NCBI GenBank assembly: GCA_905331295.1
Contig: CAJNYD010000223.1
Span: 248,001 to 308,747 of the forward strand
DNA: 60,747 bases
Direction: 5' to 3'
Source: Rotaria socialis
Taxonomy: Eukaryota
Below the pieces are notes generated by a model. That model had not been told where the DNA came from, ran no database searches, and was given only the letters and a program-made list of their open reading frames with translations. Both the position numbers and the translations under genes were made by a program. Positions 1-11,906 of the stretch are shown here, piece after piece. Each line of letters begins with the position of its first letter. Within the stretch, counting starts at the first letter, position 1.

Positions 1-2131
1 CGTTATAATAGCAGATCAATGAAGATCTATAAAATGTGTCAACGACTAGCGAAATTATTTGTTGAATCTATTAATCCTGTTTTACAATCATCAGGCTATT
101 GTTGTGCTGATCGATATGCATATTTTCCAAAAGTTTTCGTTTGTTGTGGAATACGGCAATTTTGCGAAATTCTATGCGGCGCTAATTATTATTCTTATAA
201 AAATCCTGAACCATCACGATTAAATCTATCCAATAATCAATACAGGTTTTGTTTTGTATGTTTTAATTCGATTCAAAGCGAATCAATATTTGTCGGCGAC
301 GATCCAACTCAAACATTAGTTGAAATACCAAAAAACTTATTTCTATCGGCTATCAACGATGTACTAGAACCTGAAATAATGGTTGATTGTATTGTTTGTA
401 AACGTCGTTGGCATCAAGTATGTGCATTACATTGCGATCAAATCTGGCCCGATGGTTTTATATGTAATACATGCGTACGTGAATATAATCTGCCACGTAA
501 AGAAAATTGTCATAAAGCAGAAAATTTGCCACCAACTGATTTATCATCACAATTAGAAAGTCGTGTTAATAAATTTTTACTTGATAAAAATTGCCATGAA
601 GGTCGCGTAACGATTCGGGTATTACATTCTGGCGATAAAATCTGTCACGTAAACCCAAAATCCAAAAGATATTTTTCAAATCAAGTAACAAATGATGGTT
701 TTCCATATCGAACAAAAACTATATTTGCTTTTCAAGAAATCGACGGTGCCGAAGTTGCTTTCTTCGGTATGTATGTACAAGAATATGATGAACATTGTCC
801 TGCACCAAATACACGTCGTGTTTACATATCAATTTTTGATACGGTACGTTTTTTTCGACCAAACCTTTATCGTCAAGATGTTTATCACGAAATCTTAATT
901 GGCTATTTGGATTATGTTAAACAACGTGGCTATATGTATGCTCATATGTGGGCTTGCCCAGCAATTGAAAATTATGATTATATATTTTTTCGCCACCCGC
1001 CTGAGCAACGCCTGCCGAAGGTAAAACGGCTACAAAATTGGTGTAAAAAAATGCTTGACCGAGCCATGGAAGAAGATGTTGTTATTGATTATAAGGTAAT
1101 ACACAGAGATTCATCGAGTTAAACATATACGTGTTCGTTCTTCATGTAACTTTGTAAAAACTGAACGGTCTATTTTTTCGAATCAGTGACTAGATGAGAA
1201 AAAAATGTGGGAAGTTTAAGATTGTCTTGAATATTATTTTCGACTCTTCGTTATTTAGGACATTTTGGAAGATTGTTTGGATAACGAAATACAAGCCGCT
1301 TTTGATATTCCTTATTTCGTGGGTGATTTTTGGCCGACTACAATTGAAGCAACTATTAAAGGTATGCTTCTATCTTTGATAATAAAAATCGAATTTTGTT
1401 TCTCATTATGTTTCAGAACTTGATCAACAAGATGAAGACTCAGATTATCCTATTGAATCAGAAGTAAGTAGAAATTATACTATCTATTTACTAGCCAAAA
1501 ATTAAATTCTACTAAAGAATACAATCGTTTGAAACACTTTCGATTGTAAAATAGATTTAAATTGTTCTAGTCGAATTTTAATAGTCGCTATTTTATCTCG
1601 ACTATGAATATTTGTTTTAATTCAGATTTCCAATAAACGTAAATGTGCAAATGCGGATGAAAACAAAAGTTTAAAGAGAACGAAAACTCGAGAAGAACTA
1701 GGAAAAAGTCAAATGCCACCTTGTAGGCATTCTTTGTTATTTATCTTCATAATCCAATGAAAACATCTCCTCCAGCAGTCAACGATGCTGATGCTCCAAT
1801 TGAGTGTGATTTAATGGATACGCGAGATGCATTTTTAAGCTTTTCCTGTGATAAAAATTTGGAATTTTCTTCATTACGTCGTGCAAAATTTTCAACCATG
1901 GCGTTTCTGTCTGAAATACATGTATCAAAAACAGAGAACTCTATATATAATTGTAATAATTGTCGGCAACAATGTGATGTCCGTTATCATTGTACACGAT
2001 GTGGAGATTTTGATCTCTGTGAAAAATGTTTTAATATTGAACCAAAACATGAACATAAAATGGAATGCTCAGTTCCATCTATAGTTGATGTTAACCAAGA
2101 TGATAAATCCAATCCATTAAATAATGTATAA
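1..2131 (+). CDS. CBP/p300-like lysine acetyltransferase paralog (5' end outside window): bromodomain end, RING/PHD, HAT (KAT11), ZZ; no TAZ2 or C-terminal region; possibly inactive or decaying
   Basis: Frame open from base 1 (RYNSRSMKIYKMCQRLAKLF..INPVLQSSGYCC ~ CBP YNRKTSRVYKFCSKLAEVFEQEIDPVMQSLGYCC). Motifs FPYRTKTIFAFQEIDG, PNTRRVYIS, VYHEILIGY, WACP, PYFVGDFWP, CDLMDTRDAFL, EFSSLRRAKFST, and ZZ (CNNC..YHCTRCGDFDLCEKC). Exons ~1-1095, 1259-1361, 1417-1463, (1626-?), 1727-2131. Confidence 0.92.
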
Positions 2132-2714
2132 GAAAAATTATTGAATTTCATCCTGTAGAAATTAAAAATCTGAAATACAAAAATAACAAACAACTAGTTT
2201 ACAAGCAGAAAAACATCGGATCGAAGCTACGATTATGTAACATAATACAAATGCAAGATAAAATACTTGCTTCATTGCTATTAAATTATATTTATGCTAA
2301 CTTAATTTTGAGAATTAAATAAATAAAATAACTTAACAAATATGCATGTCGTACTTATGTCAAAACACGTGTACAAAAAAAAATATTTTTTCATAGACAA
2401 CAATAAGTGAAGATTTCTTTTATGTTTATCTATATTAGGAATCGAGAGACTTTTCGTCGCCTCAATAAAGCAGATAAGTTTCTAGACTAACAGCATCACA
2501 TGTAATAAACTTACGTTTCTGATAAATAAAAAAAGACTGATATGTCTCATTTCGTCGTTCAGCGACACTTTTTTCATTGAGAACAATAAAGAAAGTGGAG
2601 TGTTGACTCAATATAGTATAGGTAAATTAAGCTGCCCCATGATAAACGTACACAAAGTCATGCGTTTTTTTCATAGACAAGCCCATTGATACAGTTCAGC
2701 ATAGTTCAACTTTA

Positions 2715-3126
2715 GATAAAACGCATCGGAAGTACTTCTCCAAGTATCGATAACAATTTTATCATTGACACAGCATTCAGATTCATTTCATTAGACATAA
2801 CTCGAGACGCTGCCGCAATTGAAGCAGGTAAATTTTATTTTTATGAAAATTTATTGTGATCGCAGAGATTCAGGGTATACAAAATTAGTCCAGGAAATTA
2901 TCTCGGATTTAAATCAATGATTGGCATAGGAGGCGCCAACTGGATTCATCGAACTACCGTTTATATTACAATCTATTACGAAGTTAATGGGAGAAAATCA
3001 TATATATGCCAGGCATTTTCCAAATCATCATAGGAAAGAATTATTGTGACTAAAGATTGTACTGTGCATGCAACGAAAATGGGAGAAATATGGATTGATA
3101 CTAGTGGCACAAATCATAAGTCTTGA
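2715..3126 (+). pseudogene. Decayed small uncharacterized protein gene
   Basis: Protein-like reading DSGYTK / ISPGNYLGFK..RTTVYITIYYEVNGRKSYICQAFSKSS*ERIIVTKDCTVHATKMGEIWIDTSGTNHKS*, with an apparent 1-nt frameshift near 2880 and an in-frame TAG at 3031-3033. Confidence 0.45.
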
Positions 3127-3451
3127 TTTAACGCAATTGACATTTTTTTAGTTTAGATGTTGTCAACTATACTTATTCTCTATACATGCATAACACTAAA
3201 CATGTAACTCTGTGTCGGCCATTCCACAATGCAAATAACATGATTGAAGGAGAAGAACGTCCTACACACCCGCATCGTTACTCTAATTGTTTAGCTCAAT
3301 ATAAAATTCGAGCTTTTAATAATTTATGAAATGATTCGTTAGAAACTTGCGTCTCCTTCTGGAATAATGCATTAGATTTTAATTAGAAATTAAAAAAAGA
3401 CATTTTTGTTAATAGAATAGGTTTTTGTTGTAAGTTTTATGCATCTATTCA

Positions 3452-3722
3452 CTATTGTTTATGGTTACTTGACATTATCGCTGTTGGAAACCACAGGATT
3501 TTTATCTTCTGCTTTTCTCTATCGTCTAAATCGATCGATATCCATGCGTCTTCTTTTTTCTGTTGTATTTCTTCTTCGAGATCATTCAGATCTTCCTCCA
3601 GAGCATCCGCTTCTTTCCTATACTTTGCGGTCTGAGCCTTGTTTTCTGCTTCTTCACCTTTTTTTAAAACATCATCTATTGACTTCTCCAAGTTTTGCTT
3701 TTCGACTAACCAATCAGCAGGC
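3452..3722 (-). other. Acidic coiled-coil-like exon fragment with no intact upstream exon
   Basis: Acceptor-like tattgcag followed by PADWLVEKQNLEKSIDDVLKKGEEAENKAQTAKYRKEADALEEDLNDLEEEIQQKK; no convincing in-frame upstream exon found. Confidence 0.3.
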
Positions 3723-4233
3723 TGCAATATAAAGTTTACATGACTCAAAAAAATAAGCGAGTATAAGTGAACCATCAAATTATCTCATCTTTAGCTACGG
3801 CTTGTTGTTGTTATTGTTGTTGAAATCTGGATATTATTACAGCTATTCGCTAATCTCAAGTGATGTTTTCAGAAGAAACAGTATGAATGCAAAAACTCAG
3901 CACAGAGAACGTACTTTTATTATCGAATTCCGGACTCTCTTTTTCTTTAAACTACAAAAAAAAAAATTCAGGCGCAAACTAATTGTCTATAATCGTGGCT
4001 GGAATGCATGAGACCGTTGAAGATATATTTATCTTTTTATTCAACAGACATGAAAAAATGTAGTTGAATGTACAATGAATAACTTCGATTTTTCTACTCA
4101 CTGTTTCATTAGATTCATGAACAAGCCACAATGGGTGTAAGTGTAGATTCAAAGTTACTCCAATGCTGACACATCTATCGACACCCATAATTGAAATTCA
4201 TTTTTAAGACGGAAAATATGAATGAAAGCTTTT

Positions 4234-5872
4234 TTAATGAACCATTAGTTGATGAACGCTTATGCATTCAAATAGAGAACAATTACGACGTGTTGCGTCA
4301 CGTCTAAAATTTTCCGTTGGAATTTCTAAAGCTTCGTAGCTAATAATTAATTCAATCAGAGGTGGCAAACGCGTACTTGTTTCGACCAAAAACTGTTCTG
4401 GGCAATTAATATGAGTGAAAATGAAATTGAGATGGGTAAAATGAGAAAACTCAGCAACCGATGATGTAGCACTGCTTTGTTCTAATTCATTCATTCGTTT
4501 ATATTCTTGTCGCTTCGTATTGTGGAAAGTGAAAAGAGTAAGTAGTGGAAACGCTTGAGCAATTCTAAAAAAGAGATCATGTTCAATTGGATTTAATCTG
4601 TCATCGAGGTACAGATTACGAACATTTCGGCACGAACCTCCAGGAAAGTTGTTACCAATACGAAGCGTCTAATCCAGAGTATACGGACATGAGAAAGCAC
4701 GAGATCGAGCCCTTCCTCGTGTGTACAACAGGCAAGTTGAGAATATTTTCCATTAAGAAACGTACGTCGAAATTCATCATTCGATTGCCGATTCGCACCG
4801 TCGACAGTGCTCGTGTACCTGGTAATGTTGAACGTAAATGCTTAAAATTGTTGCATATGAATAAGGATTTCGTTCTCGAAACGAGTGCCATCGATAAATG
4901 TGGATCTTTCGTCAACAATGAGATATAGGATCAGTTCTTTGAGATGCGCCATTCGACGAAGAAGAGGTACGATGTGACTATCATATGTTGTTGTACTATG
5001 GCTTGCAGTTGGCGAGAAACATTTCAGGTTAGGCAATGCTTTGAATAATAATACTGAAGTAAGGCAAAAGGGTGTGAAAAATATCCCTACTGTACCGCCA
5101 GGATCTAATACACAGGTTTGAATGTTATCGATTCGGACAATTAATGTACGCAAATAAGCGAGATGACAATCCAGTAAACACAAACAATCATCGAAAGTAT
5201 GAACGTCGATACATAAATTAATAATAGTCGATAAAAAGCTACTCATCGTCGGTACATTATAAATAGTCGAATGTGCATATTGTCGCCAATAACCCATCGC
5301 AGTAAAATTGAAATTCTTTAGGTTTCTAAACATCGAAAAGATGAGTGCGTAGATATTCTTGTTTAAATCGACAGTTGAAGACTTGAATCGAGTATAATTA
5401 ATCGAGATAATTAAATGTGAGATCTGTTGTCTGAAAAGGTTAGTAAAAGGCGATTCCTCTAAACAAAATAGATTCAACGAATACGTGAACAAGTAAAAGG
5501 TAGTCTCGAATCTGAGTTATGCATCCGATGATTTTCTTACCACTGAAATAATACAACGCTGATTGTAGGTCAAAATTGACAAGACTCAACTTCCGTAAAT
5601 GAGGATCTTCGCCTGCATAAAGAATCCGCTCTATTGAAAGTGGTTCGACAGCCAAACATTCGGTATTTGCATGTATTTTAGGCAAGATATGAAAATAGAA
5701 TCGATCAAACAGTGAATCTGGTAAGGAGCAGCTCATATTAAAAATCATTATCTACGAGCTCAATAGAAGGAGTATATCGAATCTTTTGTTGAAACCCAGA
5801 AACGAATAGAGTGTTTCGAATTTGTTGAGTTTATTCCAAATTATCAAGAGAATTTCGTCCCGAAAATCCATT
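4234..5872 (-). pseudogene. Bdelloid-type F-box/LRR-like protein pseudogene
   Basis: N-terminus MDFRDEILLIIWNKLNKFETLYSFLGFNKRFD (F-box-like), then SLPDSLFDRFYFHILPKIH, VHTFDDCLCLLDCHLAYLRTLIV, LPNLKCFS, IVPLLRRMAHLKELILYL, NFRRDATRRNCS; broken by TAG at 5754-5752 and several frameshifts (e.g. ~4845). Confidence 0.8.
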
Positions 5873-6538
5873 ACACTTGCTGTTGAACAATTAATGTTTA
5901 GTTTAATAGGGCAAACGTTAGTAGCAATCAGAACGATACAAAGCGTGATGATAAGCATAAATCGACAATTGAAACACATCCGTAAGGATGACATCAGCAT
6001 ATGCACACAATTTACTAGCTACAACTACTAAACAAATACAACGTATTCAATATTCTATTTGAAATATATCTTTTATATTTGTTTAAAGGGCGTTCCACAA
6101 TGTAAAATATCTATAGATGCTTTTTTTTCTAATGATTGAAGCTAGATGGAATAACACTGTGGATGCAAATTACAGCCTGTTATATGATCAAATCTCTGAT
6201 TTCTATTCCAGTTAGAACGTTTGATATTAATAATTCCAAAGTATCAACTAGAGCCTGTGAAATTCAAGAGTTCTGGACTCAGAACTGCACCCTCACCCAC
6301 ACCAACCTTTTTCCTTAAAAATGATTCTGGCTGGTAGAGTTCAATGAGTTCTATTGACCGTAGAACATTTCAGCATACGTTATCATTCATTGTGGAAACA
6401 CATAGGCCTTACAAAGTTTACTGCAAATCGTCAAAACACATATGAAAGTACAGAATTGGAAAATCTATCACAGTTTATCGTCTTTATTTAAAAAAAAATA
6501 TGGGCATGAATAATGAAACGTTGTTTCAGATGGCTTGG

Positions 6539-9500
6539 TTATGCAAGATCGGGTAGTTTTTTAGCTGCAAAAGTCTTGAGTATCTGACATACATGATCAT
6601 GTTGTTGTGATTCCGCTAAATCATATGCAGTTACATATTGCTCTTCGAAGAGAAATCGTTGGTCAATATTTGCACCACGTTCACACAAGATTCGCACTGC
6701 ATCATCGTGGCCCATAGCGGATGCGATGTGCAAACATGATAAGCCACTCTAAATAAATAATACTCATATCAATCGAATATCTCATCAAAGCATTTGAACT
6801 ACTGAATCGGAGCTGTGCGATTTACAGCATCAATATTCTGAAGCTACAAATGGATGTTCTCGTGTTAAGCTTGAATTAAACTGAACTGTAATCGAAAAAT
6901 TTATATTCGGGGAAGCAGAAGCCAGCGATTCTCTATTCCTAAATCGAGTCTCTAACAGCGTACACTTTTCTTATGAACATTCATGAAACTAAAATTCACG
7001 TACTTCTTCTGCCCCGTTGACATCAGCTCCTCGATCAATTAAATATTCGATAATATCTTGAAAACCTTTCGTACATGCACAAAATAAAGGTGTACGACCA
7101 GCGGTTTCCCCCTAATAAAACAAAATTAATAAAAATCAATACACAATATTGCAAAGCCTTTTATGCATCCTCTTACTTGACCCTCAATTTTATAATTAAC
7201 ATCTAAACCAGATTCAACTAATAAACGTAACGTGTCGAACGAGCCCGACTCAGCAGCAACAATCAAACCGTTTATTTTTCCATCATAAAAATTTTTCGCT
7301 TCACCATCATATCGCGCACCATTTTCAATAAGTAATCTTGCTAATCCAACATTATTATGTTGACATATGGCAAGGAATGGTGATGAGCCACTTTCACATG
7401 TCAAATTAACAGTTGCACCAGATTTAATTAAATGTCGAATAATTCGCTCATGATTTATCACACATGCTACTAACAATGGCGTTTGATTTTCAATATGTAG
7501 GTTGCGTGCAACTTGTCCTTTTGGTGATAGATTTACATTGGCGCCGTGATCTATCAGTAGAGCAACGACTTCTAGATGACCTTCTTCTGTTGCTGTGTAT
7601 AATGAAGAGGCACCAGTCTAAATATAAAACGAATAAAATATAAATATAAACATATAGATTCAATTCAATATACCATTATTACAGCATTGACATCGGCACC
7701 ATTTTGAATTAGATATTCGCAAATTTTTACGTGACCTTTCTTGGCAGCACCATAGAGAGGCGTCTAAAAATAAGTAATGAAGTTTTTTTTCTGAACACCG
7801 AACCTCGTTGTATTAAATTATAGTTCACTAGAGAAGTTCTACCTTAACAGCGATTGTACATCATATTTTCATTATTAGATGAGAGTTCCGCATTTTTATC
7901 AGTTAAAATACCTGAATGACTAGTTCCCATAGTTTACAACGAACACAATCGACTGACCTATTTTGTGTTTGTTGAGATTAGTAGAACTAACGGATGCGGC
8001 AGCATAAATGGCCGATCAGTATTTTGTCAGTGACTTCTTCATTTTTCATTTTCTAGGCTTGAACTGTTCAGCAAATGAACCGCCATTCAATTCTATGCAA
8101 GATCTGTGTGAAGTGCTCTTCTGTACAAAGCGAAATAGAAATACGCAACAACAATACTCAACATGTTCAAAAGGATCTACTTTCTAAGCTATTTTAAAAT
8201 CAAACTTCAGAACATTTTTTAGAACACAACAAAAATGACAATATTTTTGAACACTTTCAAAGTTGCTCTTTCTTGTCGCTCAGGTCAAACTTCGTTCGAA
8301 TAAAGTTGAAAATCCAAAAATCCCATTTTTCGAAATCCTATTCAAAATGAGTCAAATTTCATTTTGTTTCATTAGCGAAATGGAAGAAGAGAATTTTCAG
8401 GTAAATTTCTCCTCGCATTTGGCACAGCAACTATATTCCATCAAAACCAAGAAAATCAGAATCCGAAAGATGTTATTTTGGTTTAGTTATGACTCTTTTT
8501 CGTAGGCTACAGAGAAAAACAGCTAAGTTCTCGAAAATCTGAAAAAGAATATTATCATTGTCTATGGAAAGACTGCGCAAAAAAAATTCAAATAATTTTC
8601 AATTGATAGAGTTTTTCGTCGCCTACAAAATACTTATACTGTTTTCTTTTTGTGATCAATAGCGAAATGAAAAAATCTAAAAGAATGATTTATCAGCTGA
8701 GAAAGTAGATCCTTCTGAACCTGTTGAGTATTCTTGCTTCGTATTTCTATTTCACTTTGTACAGAAGAAAACTTAATACAGATTTTGTAGAGAATTGAAT
8801 GGCGCTTCGTTTGCTGAACAATTCAAGCCTAGGAAATGAAAAATGAAGAAGCCACTGACAAAATACTGATCGGCCATTTATTCTGTCGCATCCGTTACTA
8901 GTTCCCTTAATTACCTGTCCAGCAAGATAATTGTCTTCAGCTAATTCGCCTTGTGGTGTTATATTGACATCAGCTCCAGCTTGTACAAGCGCTTGAACAA
9001 ATTCAAAATTACCCGCTTCGGCGCAAAGAAGTAATGGCGATACACCAAAACGATTTTGTACATTAACATGTGCTCCTTTTTGTATTAAAAATTTCACAAC
9101 ATCAACACGATCTTTTAGCGTAGCCATAAAAAGTGCTGTTTGACCAGTTATATTTAATTTATCGGCATCTGGACCACTCGGTGCAAAATCAAGATCAGCA
9201 CCGGCTCCAACACACGCTTCAATTATATCTAAATCACATATTTCCGATGCAAGTAGAAATGGTGTTGAACCTAATTTTGTAACCGCATTTGGGTCAGCAC
9301 CACGTCGAAGAAGTAATTTAACAACGTCAAATTGTCGAGATTTCATTGCTGCATAAAGTGGTGTCCACCCGGTTATATTTAATTCATCGGCTAATTCACC
9401 GGCTGGAGCCGTGTTAATTTCAGCACCGGCATCCAATAATAATTCAACAACATCTAGCATGCCTTTTTGTGCCGGAATCCAGAGAACACTAACGCCATAA

Positions 9501-10713
9501 TGATTTTGAACACGAGAATTAGCTCCACGATCTAATAAATATTTAACTATATCTATTCGACCTTCTTTCGCTGCACAAAATAATGGCGTTTGACCACATA
9601 AATTCATTGTTACTGCTAATTGGCCTAGAAAATCAATCATTGTTCCATCATGGTAATGTAAACAACTCGATTTTTCTTACCAGTCGGTGCTAATTCAAGA
9701 TCACCTCCGGCTTGTACAAGTAATTTAACACATTCAAAAAATCCTTTCTCAGCTGCAAGCATCAATGCTGATATACTCGACTGATTTTGATGATTTGGAT
9801 TAGCATGGTGTTCTAATAGCCGCTTAACGCATTCAGAATGATTACATTTTGTTGCACCGATTAATGCCGTCGAACCAGCTATTTTATTAGCTTCAGCTCG
9901 TTTACCAGATGGCGTTGCGTCAACAACAGCACCGCGTTGTAACAGAATGTCAAGTATATCTAGCCAGCCAATTTCAGCAACCATCAATAATGGTGTAATA
10001 CCGGACAGTGATGCTTTGTTCACGTCGACTTCGGGACAGTCTGTAAAGAAAAACAAAGAATAATCTTGAACCAGATAACAATTCATCTATAAAAAAAAAA
10101 AAACTAACTTGCTAAAGCTTCCGCGATAGCTTTATGTTTTCTTCCAACTGCTATACTTAATCCTGGTAAACCGTCTGCTTCTGGATAGCCTAAAATATAA
10201 AATATTATACATTGAAATACTATCAATAATCAGTTCGAATCGTTTGGATAATGATCTTTTACAATAAAAATAAGAAATTCATAGATGAAATGAAAGAAAA
10301 ATCAATGATCACTTTTTATTTATAGTCAAAATGAATTTCTAGATCTCAAATTTTGTTGTATAACTTAATCTTCATCTATTTTTTCAGAAGTATGTTTGCT
10401 TTAGCATACGCTCTATAATTCAGATTCAATCTCGACTTTACGTGTGAATGTAGGGAGTACTGCAAAAACTCCACGCCCTAATCAAATGAAATAATAGACA
10501 ATTTGCTGAAACCAAAAAGAAATTTTTGCGAAATGGTTACATACCTGCATTGAGGGCCATTTTCTTCATACTTGGCAGCTTATGGCGATCCATTTTATCA
10601 ATTATATCTTTGAACCGTTGAACATCATTGATGTCTATGCTCTGCAAGATATCCCGAAAATATTGGTCAAAATTTTCTTCGACTTGATTTGCTTTTCTAA
10701 CTTCAGATTCCAT
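6539..10713 (-). CDS. Multi-ankyrin-repeat protein (~18 repeats, 8 coding exons)
   Basis: Exons ~10713-10545, 10189-10110, 10041-9681, 9625-8914, 7763-7674, 7617-7178, 7111-7004, 6749-6539 with GT-AG ends; repeated TPL/TAL..A..G...V..LL..GA ankyrin consensus. Confidence 0.9.
7988..8897. mobile_element. Non-autonomous DNA transposon/MITE with ~200-bp terminal inverted repeats, inside an ankyrin-gene intron
   Basis: 7988-8190 (taacggatgcggcagcataaatggccgatcagtattttgtcagtg...aaggatctactttct) is the reverse complement of 8695-8897 with scattered mismatches. Confidence 0.85.
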
Positions 10714-11575
10714 CTCTGAAATAAATAGAACGATCAAAATAACACAAAATATCATTCCTGATGGCGTTTGAGTGCGAATTTTCGTTTCTATTCGCCTTGA
10801 CAGTCTACAATACTATATAAGTATTTATTTAAAAGCTCTATACTAAATAAATCTTGAAAATAAACCGCTTTGTTGTTTTCATCACCGATGAATCCGCATT
10901 TCGTCTATTACATGCGCGTCAGACGAACGTTTCCGCTCTGATTCAGTATCCAAATTTCAACGTCTATCATATGACTAGTGCAAAAAAATCAAGGGTATTC
11001 AATATGTACACCGTCTGCATGCCTTCTTGCAGTTATTTTCAAACAGAAATGAAGAAAAAAAAACACTTAGATACACCTTTTTATGCAATAAGAAAAAGAA
11101 ATACTAGGAAAATGGATAGAAGAACAAAAAATGATGGGTAGAAAAGTGACAACGTGGGTATAACGCGTGTGTCCTGACAACGCATCGAAACGAACTGATC
11201 GGTTCACTCACAAAATGGCACACCTCATCATCGAAGTATTGCTGCTAGCAGCTGAGTCCCATGTAGGAAGCGCTAAATGAAGACTCGTGTAATTTAAACT
11301 AAGAAATAAATTGACCGCGATTAAACTTTTCATTGAAATGCCGGGTGAACCAAAATGAGTGCAACATCGAGCATGTTGAAAATATCGCACCATGGACAAA
11401 TCATATGACCTTGAATTTTTTAAAAAGATGTGCCGTGAAATTCTCCTAGGTATTGACAATAAATTTTTATCAAGCTACAACTAAAGCACTGTAAAACGGT
11501 GCCATGTGCCAATATTGTTATAGAAACAAAAATCAAAATAACATCAAAACAAGTGTGGACAATAACGACATCACG

Positions 11576-11906
11576 AAGAATCCGTTCTATGGAAAGTGAT
11601 TCGACCGTCACGCATTCGATATTTGCACGTATTTTAGGCAAGATATGAAAACAAAATCGATCAAGCAGTGAATCTGGTAAGGAGCAGCTCATATTAAAAA
11701 TCATTATCTACGAGCTCAATAGAAGGAGAATATCGAATCTTTTGTTGAAACCCAGAAACGAATAGAATGTTTCGAATTTGTTGAGTTTATTCCAAATTAT
11801 CAAGAGAATTTCGTCCCGAAAATCCATTATACTTGCTGTTGAACAATACAAAGCGTGATGATAGGAGCAAATCGATAACAAAACACATCCGCAAGGATGA
11901 CATCAG
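11576..11906 (-). pseudogene. Partial direct duplicate of the F-box pseudogene 5' segment (5620-5997)
   Basis: High identity to 5620-5997 (e.g. gaatctggtaaggagcagctcatattaaaaatcattatctacgagctcaatagaagg), shares the same TAG lesion, lacks ~47 bp of the first copy. Confidence 0.9.

Noticed and set aside
11208..11575. Coding-looking fragment next to the duplicated F-box segment
   Set aside because: No frame stays open and no homology is recognisable.
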